NCBI GenBank assembly: GCA_049520735.1 | Contig: JBEKPM010000001.1 | Span: 22,510-86,509, forward strand | Length of the DNA: 64,000 bases | Direction: 5' to 3' | From: Candidatus Bathyarchaeia archaeon | GTDB taxonomy: Archaea > Thermoproteota > Bathyarchaeia > Bathyarchaeales > Bathycorpusculaceae | In this document: positions 58,274 to 64,000 of the stretch, in pieces | Position numbering within the stretch: position 1 is the first letter of the stretch | Layout: each line of letters starts with the position of its first letter | Notes under the pieces: model-generated | Database searches by the model: none | Told to the model about the DNA's origin: nothing | What the model saw: only the letters and a program-made list of their open reading frames with translations | Translations under genes and position numbers: made by a program

Positions 58274-58317
58274 GTTCTCATCCTAAAGAAAAACAGGAAA
58301 CTGGGAAAATGGGAAAT

Positions 58318-58728
58318 TTAGGCTGGAAGCCTGGTGAGTGTGCCGTTTGCTTGAGCTTCACGGTACAGGTCTTGGATGTCGTCGGTGTGGTGGCATTTGT
58401 GGTTGTACACCCAGCCGTTGCAGTTGCAGGAGACGTCGCCGGGTTGGAATCTGCCGCTGGCTACAGTCCAGATCCGCGTCACATACGGCTTCGCTGAAGG
58501 GTTGCTTTTGCTCTTAAATCGGGCGTAGTATCCTTCGCTGTTCTTGTGGAGGATGTCGACGTCGTCGAAGCTGGATGAAGGCACCGTGGGCGGCGTGGGA
58601 GGCGCCATTACGGGCTGTTTGGCTTTGGCTCTTGCTACAGCCGACTTCACTTTGGCTTTTGCAGTTAGAGAAGGAAGGACCATCTGTTTATTTCGGTATG
58701 GTTTCTTGGCGCCTTTTCTATAACTCAT
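58318..58728 (-). CDS. SWIM zinc-finger protein with basic leader
   Basis: Probable start MSYRKGAKKPY; CNCNGWVYNHKCHH SWIM motif. Confidence 0.8.
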   Translation of the reverse strand: MSYRKGAKKPYRNKQMVLPSLTAKAKVKSAVARAKAKQPVMAPPTPPTVPSSSFDDVDILHKNSEGYYARFKSKSNPSAKPYVTRIWTVASGRFQPGDVSCNCNGWVYNHKCHHTDDIQDLYREAQANGTLTRLPA

Positions 58729-58750
58729 TCGATCAGGTCCAATAGAAAAA

Positions 58751-58957
58751 TCAGGAAATTTCGTCTGGAGCCGAGAAGCACTTGCGGTTTTTGTCTCGTT
58801 GGTCCTCGGGAAGTTTGCACTCCATTCCGCCTTCGCCATTATCCATGTCTTGCATGTTGGTGCAGAAGCGGCAGCGGTTCATGTTGGGGTCTGAGGCTTT
58901 GCCGGGAAGATGGATCTGGTATTGATGGGGTTTCCGTCTGCGCTGCTGGTAACTCAT
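58751..58957 (-). CDS. 68-aa Cys4 protein with basic leader
   Basis: Start MSYQQRRRKPH overlaps the upstream stop (ATGA); CRFC...C...C. Confidence 0.75.
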   Translation of the reverse strand: MSYQQRRRKPHQYQIHLPGKASDPNMNRCRFCTNMQDMDNGEGGMECKLPEDQRDKNRKCFSAPDEIS

Positions 58958-59472
58958 TTCTTCCTCGCCTGAGGCATTTGCTTTTCGCATTCTCGCCTGA
59001 TTTGCGCAGGCGTCTTGTTCCCGTACATTTGCTGCCAAAACTGTTTCGGCAGGATCTCCCTGACAAGCGTGAAGTATTCCTGGAACGCTTCTGGAGTCAA
59101 GGGTCCCTGCATGCTTGCTTCGCTAAGAAGTAGGAATCTTTGCTGAGGCGAATTAGCGGCTTGCTTAATGGCTTCTTCCAGTTGCCTGTAGTTCTTCGGC
59201 TGGATCTTCCCGAGGATTTTCTTCACGTGATCGAGGTGCTGTTCTTTGAGGAGTTTGCCTATGTAGGGGCTTTCAAGCAGTTCTTTGCTCCATCCGCCGG
59301 GAGCCCTGAGTTTAAACAGTTCTTCTGCGCGTTTAACGGCGCCTTGGCGTTTGGCTTCCTGCACAAGCTCGGCTCTGCTGCACTGGTTAAACGGCTTCTG
59401 CTTCGCCGTGTGTTTTGCAACACGTAAGGAAGACGCTGGCCTGTGGTTCCTTTGCTTCTGCTGGTAGGTCAT
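58954..59472 (-). CDS. Helical hypothetical protein with basic leader
   Basis: MTYQQKQRNHR; TAATG coupling. Confidence 0.8.
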   Translation of the reverse strand: MTYQQKQRNHRPASSLRVAKHTAKQKPFNQCSRAELVQEAKRQGAVKRAEELFKLRAPGGWSKELLESPYIGKLLKEQHLDHVKKILGKIQPKNYRQLEEAIKQAANSPQQRFLLLSEASMQGPLTPEAFQEYFTLVREILPKQFWQQMYGNKTPAQIRRECEKQMPQARKK

Positions 59473-60320
59473 TAGGGGTTGCTCCGGTACTTAGCTAAGG
59501 CATCGTTGTAGCTGACGTCGCTGGGCAGTGGGTCTCCGACGAGCGGCGCAATCAGGATCCTGTCGCCCTCTGTGTTCTGCAGGAAAGCTAAGCCGTCCTT
59601 CTTCTGCCCTGCCATCTTGACTCTTCCGGCGCCGCCTAAAGCGTTGACGCCCTGCACGAACTTGTCCAGTGGAACTTTGATTTCGCTGCCTGCAGCTCCA
59701 AGAACCAAACCTGTCTTTTTGTCTTTTTGCGCGTAGCTCAACGCGTTTAAGGCTTCTCCGGTTACGGTGCCCCATGGATTGTCTTGGAAGCCCTGCTCAG
59801 CCATCTTGACGAGTTCCTGGGCGGTTTGTCCCTGCGGCGTTGCGTCGCGTCTGATGAAGGCGCCGACTCTACCCGGCATCATCACGAAGCCGTTGTCCAT
59901 CTGGTTAGCAGTCGGCTTCTTGCCTTTGTAGAAGGATTTGACGAAAGCGGCCTCTGCCTCCTGCGGATCCAGCAGCGTGTTGGTTGTCACGGGCGGACCT
60001 GCTGATGCAGGCTGAGGAGTTTGCTGCATGGGTGCAGCAGATTTTGGTTTCACAGCTACGAACTGGGCTAAAACGTCGTCTCCTTCCTTCACGATCGGAA
60101 TGACTTCTGTGTCGTAGCCTTGCTTCTGAGCTTCTTTCTGGGCTTTAGCGGCTTGCTCTGGATCCAATGCGCCCTGGTCGGTGTCGATGAGCCAGCCCTG
60201 CGCGGCTAACTCTTCCGCTTTCTTGACAGCGCCTTCAAAACCAGCTGTGAAAGCGGATGGATTCACGGACATTCGACGCCTGTTGGCGTAAGACTTGTTT
60301 CCTTTTTTGCTGTTGTACAT
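59472..60320 (-). CDS. Hypothetical protein with basic leader
   Basis: MYNSKKGNKSY; GGTGA RBS. Confidence 0.8.
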   Translation of the reverse strand: MYNSKKGNKSYANRRRMSVNPSAFTAGFEGAVKKAEELAAQGWLIDTDQGALDPEQAAKAQKEAQKQGYDTEVIPIVKEGDDVLAQFVAVKPKSAAPMQQTPQPASAGPPVTTNTLLDPQEAEAAFVKSFYKGKKPTANQMDNGFVMMPGRVGAFIRRDATPQGQTAQELVKMAEQGFQDNPWGTVTGEALNALSYAQKDKKTGLVLGAAGSEIKVPLDKFVQGVNALGGAGRVKMAGQKKDGLAFLQNTEGDRILIAPLVGDPLPSDVSYNDALAKYRSNP

Positions 60321-60335
60321 TCAGGTCACCGTGAT

Positions 60336-61883
60336 TTAAGTGGGCGCTATCATGCCCACGAGTTTTTTAGGGACTTCCCGGACGGAGGCTACCCCGAAGG
60401 TTTTGCTGTACCCTATGGTTTTCAGGCGCTTTGTGATTTCTGCGGCGCCTTCCAATGTGCCGCCTATGCCGAACGCAACCATCTTTGTATAGCGTTTCAG
60501 CTCGTTTACTTTTGCTTGGGTCTCGGGCGCTTCGATGCCAACTAACTGCACTCTGCCACCAACCTTGTTGTATATGCCTCGCGAGTCGTCAGGCACGCCG
60601 TCAGTTAACGTGATAGTCACTTCGGGCCGATGCGTCTTCACGTAAGAAGCTATTTTCTCGTATGCCGTAGCCATCGGTGTTCCGCCTGCGTTAGTGAGCG
60701 CTGAAGTCTTGGCTGAGTGGCTTTGAAGCCACTTGGCTTCCTCGAACTTCTTAATTTTAAAGAAGCTTGCGCGAGCGTCAAAACTGCCTCCTGGATACGA
60801 GGTGCCGTCTCCTGTTTGGCCGCCGAAGGCGAAGAACGCTGTTTTGCTGCCTATGCCGTCGAGGATCTCCATGCTTGAAACTATGGCTTTCTTATACTCG
60901 TCTTCGAAGGGCGCAACGGATCCGCTGAAGTCGCCGATCACCAGAATCTTTCTGCCCTTCGCTGACTTCTGTTCTCTGGTTATGAAGGGTTCTTCCCCTT
61001 TGCTTCGGATGAACTCTTTAACTTTGAATTTGCTTCCTGAAGGGCCAGCTGTCGACTTGTAACCTGTCTTCCAGTCTTTGAGGGCCGTGTTCATTTCGCT
61101 TATGAACTTCTGGTCCCGGTAAATCATCGGGTCAGCAGCAGAAGCCACCGGCTCGAATTCGGCAGTGTCAAGGTCAACGGTGGTTTTGTTGGCTTGGTCA
61201 AACTCGTTGTTAACATTATCAGCGCCTTTCCTGGCCTGCTCAACTTCTTCGGGAGAAGCTGGCGGAGGCTCCTCAATCTCCTCTTCTTCAGGCTCCTCGT
61301 TAGCTTTGCCGCCTGGCTTTTCCTCTTCTTGTTCTTCCGACTCCGATTCTGCACTTTCTTTCTCTTCTGGTTCGGATGCTCCAGACTCTTCCTCAGACTC
61401 GCCACCTTCCTCCTCGTCGCCTTCAGGTTCGCTTTTGCCCTGAGACTCCTTTTGCTCAGGCTCAGAATCTTCAGCTTCCTCATTGGTTGGAGGTTCTTTT
61501 CCAGACTCTTCGGGCTTGTTCTCTTGCTCTTCTTCGGCTTCGCCCTCTTCCTCGGATTCTTCGGTTGGCGGCGGTGACGATGTGCCTCCGCTCTGTTGCT
61601 CGTCTATGTCCACGGTTTTCGGGGGCTCCTCTTCCGAAGGCGGAGGCGGCTGCTGCTTCTTCTGTTTTTCTTCAGCTTCCCTCCTTGCTTTGCAGGATGG
61701 GCAAACATCGAAAACAGGCGGGATCCAGACGCCGGTCTGCTTGGATTCCTTCGCTTTCCGGGCTAACTCGTCAATGTCAAAAACAACTTCAGGTGCCGGG
61801 GCAACTGCACTCTTCAGCCTGGGCGCGACTGGGCTTCGTCTTCTCGGCAAATAGGCTTTTTGGGCTCTTCGGTTGTACGCCAT
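60336..61883 (-). CDS. Acidic-linker plus von Willebrand A protein (CobT/NorD C-terminal half)
   Basis: MIDAS DFSGS, GGTP, LTDG.P; long Glu/Pro/Ser tract; N-terminal CPSC. Confidence 0.88.
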   Translation of the reverse strand: MAYNRRAQKAYLPRRRSPVAPRLKSAVAPAPEVVFDIDELARKAKESKQTGVWIPPVFDVCPSCKARREAEEKQKKQQPPPPSEEEPPKTVDIDEQQSGGTSSPPPTEESEEEGEAEEEQENKPEESGKEPPTNEEAEDSEPEQKESQGKSEPEGDEEEGGESEEESGASEPEEKESAESESEEQEEEKPGGKANEEPEEEEIEEPPPASPEEVEQARKGADNVNNEFDQANKTTVDLDTAEFEPVASAADPMIYRDQKFISEMNTALKDWKTGYKSTAGPSGSKFKVKEFIRSKGEEPFITREQKSAKGRKILVIGDFSGSVAPFEDEYKKAIVSSMEILDGIGSKTAFFAFGGQTGDGTSYPGGSFDARASFFKIKKFEEAKWLQSHSAKTSALTNAGGTPMATAYEKIASYVKTHRPEVTITLTDGVPDDSRGIYNKVGGRVQLVGIEAPETQAKVNELKRYTKMVAFGIGGTLEGAAEITKRLKTIGYSKTFGVASVREVPKKLVGMIAPT

Positions 61884-62947
61884 TATTCCCTCGTCCCTAG
61901 TTTCCGCGTGTAATGTTTCCCGCAGTCGGCGCAGACAACTTCAACCGTCAAGAGCTCGTCGAAGTAATCGTCTATTCCCTGCCGGGTCTGTTGCTCATCT
62001 TCGGGCCGGTGAACGTTCGGGTCAGATTGGAACGACTGGTCCCAGCTGCTTTCCCCAACCTTAGTTATTTCTGGCCTGTAATCTTTGAGTTCCAAGTCAT
62101 GTATGACTTTAAGCGTCAAAGAAGCCAGCTTTTCGAAGATTTCTTTGTCAGACATTTTTGGGCGTCTGATCTTTGCAAGTTCCTGCTCAACCATTCTTGC
62201 TTCTTTCTCGATGAGGTCCCGTTCGTAAATGGGCAGTTTATCCCAGCCCTTGATCTTCATGACAAGCAGCCTCTGCAGGAAAGCTTCGTGGCGCATGTGG
62301 CCAAGTCTCTGCGTCACAAACATGCCTGCGGTGCTGTACTTGTTTGTTGAAGCGTCAAAGTGCTGTTCCAGGTATGCTTTCCAGAAGTCTCCGCAATCCA
62401 TTCTTCTGGTCCAGGCGTAGCCGTTTGAGAATAAACGTTCTGAAGAGTAGCCACGCCACTTCTCGATGCCTATGTCTTCGATGCGGCGGTCCTCAATGAT
62501 GTTGATTACGTCGTGCGCTAACGGCTCAGTTACCTGCATATCTTTGTCTACGCCGTAGCCGTAGACCTGTGCAGGTGTCGAATCAATATGTTGACCTTCA
62601 TGCCAAATGCCATTTCGGTAAATTCGGTATTTGCTCTTGTCGTCCAGGGGCAGCTTGTAGGTTTCCCAGTGGGGCACGTTTATTTCGAAGATCTCTTGGC
62701 CGCCCGTCAGTTTTCGTTTTCCAACAGAGTAGCCGCTGCTGTCTGGTTGAGGCGAAATAACTATGTTGTTTCTTCCGCTCAGGTACTTTGCTAAGAAAAG
62801 AGAGATACTGGAGATGTTCGCCTGGATCGCCTTGCTCTGTTGAATGGCCAACTGATTCGGCGACAGCTTAGGCGTCTGCACTTGTGAGTGAATTTGCGTG
62901 TGCCTTGTCGGCGCGTAGCTTTTGGCTGCTGGGCGGCGATACGACAT
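61883..62947 (-). CDS. CobT/NorD N-terminal-like protein with HExxH motif
   Basis: WHEGQH...INIIEDRRIE; C-terminal CADC. Confidence 0.8.
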   Translation of the reverse strand: MSYRRPAAKSYAPTRHTQIHSQVQTPKLSPNQLAIQQSKAIQANISSISLFLAKYLSGRNNIVISPQPDSSGYSVGKRKLTGGQEIFEINVPHWETYKLPLDDKSKYRIYRNGIWHEGQHIDSTPAQVYGYGVDKDMQVTEPLAHDVINIIEDRRIEDIGIEKWRGYSSERLFSNGYAWTRRMDCGDFWKAYLEQHFDASTNKYSTAGMFVTQRLGHMRHEAFLQRLLVMKIKGWDKLPIYERDLIEKEARMVEQELAKIRRPKMSDKEIFEKLASLTLKVIHDLELKDYRPEITKVGESSWDQSFQSDPNVHRPEDEQQTRQGIDDYFDELLTVEVVCADCGKHYTRKLGTRE

Positions 62948-62959
62948 TTATGCAGCTCC

Positions 62960-64000
62960 TTAGTTTCGGCCGACTGACGTTAAGGCTTCCTGCATTCTTG
63001 GGCCGTAAGTATCTTCGTCTACTGCGACGTAGCTGTCTCCTATGGTCTGCTGGAACGCGGTTTTGAAGTTGTATCCTTGCTTTCGAGCTATGAGAAAATC
63101 CATGGTTTGCCGCATGCTCGGGTGATGGGGCAACGTCTTGTCCGCTCGCAAACCCGTGATGATGCTCGTGATGTCTGCCACGTCAGAAGCAAGGGACCCT
63201 GACAGTTTGCCGCCTGATGTAAGCGACAGTTCAGAGGGTTTTACGCCGATGCCTTTTGCCTGTGCAACAATAACTTTGTGCTCAATCTCTAAGGGCGCGA
63301 AAGGCAGCCAGATTTCTTTGCACCTGTTCTGAACCGGTTTTGGCAGTGACGTGACGCCTTCGTAGTCAGGGGGGTTGCGGCTTAAAACAATAAAGCAGTC
63401 AGGGTGCAACTTGATGATTTCGCCGTTCAGGTCCTGCATGTTCAGTTGACGCTTTGCATCCATAGCTTCGTTGAGCCGCATCATAACGGTTGCTGGGAAA
63501 ACGTTGACTTCGTCAAAATGCATGATGCCGCCTGTTCTTGCCCATTTAGTAATGATGCCGTCTGTCCAGACGTCTTTACCGTTTTCTATGTGTGCTCTGC
63601 CCAAGAGGTCCTCAGAGGTTAAGCCGTCCTGGCCTATCACTTGGTAGTAGGGGAGGCCTGCTTCAGCAGCGAACGCTTTGACGCAGGTGGATTTTCCACC
63701 GCCTGGGGGACCAACGATGTCGACGTTGGTGGGCTTCACCTTCTGGAAGAGCCTGTTTGCCCTGAAGCCATCCCGCAGGAGCTTGAGCATTCCGCCTGGC
63801 GCCGAAGCCGTCGGGTAATCAGTGTAGTTCGCGTCTTCAGGCTTCAGCTTGCACTGTTCAGGCACCGCGTCCCAGTCGATGTAGGGCGACTCGATTATTC
63901 CGCTGGACGACACAGGCACGTTTCTTGCTGCTTTCCTGTCTGCTTCCGTGAGTTTCCAAGGTTCCTTAAGCTTCTTCTTCGCGGGCTCTGGCGCTTCCTC
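62960..64000 (-). CDS. MoxR/CbbQ/CobS-type AAA+ ATPase, 5'-truncated by window edge
   Basis: GPPGGGKS, DLLG, W.DG, FDEVN, SRNP.YEG, PSMR; frame stays open to nt 64000 (EEAPEPAKKK...). Confidence 0.93.
   Translation of the reverse strand, partial: EEAPEPAKKKLKEPWKLTEADRKAARNVPVSSSGIIESPYIDWDAVPEQCKLKPEDANYTDYPTASAPGGMLKLLRDGFRANRLFQKVKPTNVDIVGPPGGGKSTCVKAFAAEAGLPYYQVIGQDGLTSEDLLGRAHIENGKDVWTDGIITKWARTGGIMHFDEVNVFPATVMMRLNEAMDAKRQLNMQDLNGEIIKLHPDCFIVLSRNPPDYEGVTSLPKPVQNRCKEIWLPFAPLEIEHKVIVAQAKGIGVKPSELSLTSGGKLSGSLASDVADITSIITGLRADKTLPHHPSMRQTMDFLIARKQGYNFKTAFQQTIGDSYVAVDEDTYGPRMQEALTSVGRN

Larger units (their letters stand above)
51751..64000 (-). mobile_element. GC-richer block B of a putative integrated element (fusexin-like, membrane, MoxR/VWA and leader-tagged genes); continues past the window
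   Basis: Compositional shift, co-oriented and coupled genes, shared pre-gene motif with block A. Confidence 0.6.

Noticed and set aside
58039-58281. 80-aa ORF from the track (MRTCLQEE...)
   Set aside because: The overlapping 58-aa frame (58097-58273) has better RBS spacing and stops before the T-tract, which this ORF runs through
20436-58296. Pre-gene motif resembles a eukaryotic polypyrimidine-AG splice acceptor
   Set aside because: Genes are uninterrupted and prokaryotic with Shine-Dalgarno sites; no donor sites; U-tract plus RBS is the simpler reading
58729-59038. Longer starts given by the track for ORFs 58318-58839 and 58751-59038
   Set aside because: They overlap upstream genes extensively; internal MSY starts give clean coupling and match the shared leader
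60733-63622. Plus-strand ORFs opposite the VWA and MoxR genes
   Set aside because: Antisense shadows of low-complexity or GC-rich coding sequence
1-64000. CRISPR array, rRNA or intact tRNA
   Set aside because: No regularly spaced repeat-spacer series and no complete cloverleaf or rRNA-like stretch seen; repeats inside the YVTN and adhesin genes are coding
60336-64000. Cobalamin-biosynthesis cobaltochelatase CobST
   Set aside because: No cobN or other cob genes nearby; context is a mobile element, so a generic MoxR/VWA chaperone is more likely

Overview
Archaeal accessory region. The protein styles suggest Bathyarchaeia, which is an inference. It has four parts. (1) 1-18.4 kb is a decayed patchwork of secreted and membrane proteins, a palindrome-flanked ABC cassette and its broken duplicate, nested IS5-like and IS1182-like remnants, and polX fragments. 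(2) 18.5-27.7 kb and (4) 51.7->64 kb are two visibly GC-richer, mostly minus-strand blocks. They share a conserved pre-gene motif (TTTTTCT(C/T)TTAGAGG) and look like halves of one integrated element. Together they encode adhesin-like surface proteins, a CPBP protease, small membrane proteins, a free-standing LAGLIDADG endonuclease that has replaced the 3' end of its target gene, a 657-aa protein resembling fusexin (Fsx1/HAP2 class II fusogen), a MoxR ATPase with a split CobT/VWA partner, and six consecutive unrelated genes whose proteins begin with the same M-x-Y-(basic)-K-x-Y leader. (3) 27.8-51.7 kb is an AT-rich defence/repair island: dndBCDEA phosphorothioation, pbeABC plus a PbeD-position protein fused to a Schlafen/AlbA_2 domain, a second DGQHR protein paired with a GIY-YIG nuclease, several orphan nucleases, mini-PolX, a beta-CASP nuclease and an HhH glycosylase. 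The best candidate for a new system is a fusogen-encoding element with tagged cargo proteins (enveloped particle or cell-fusion delivery). No integrase, capsid, terminase, rRNA, intact tRNA or CRISPR array was recognised. All family calls come from motif recognition by eye, not database searches.
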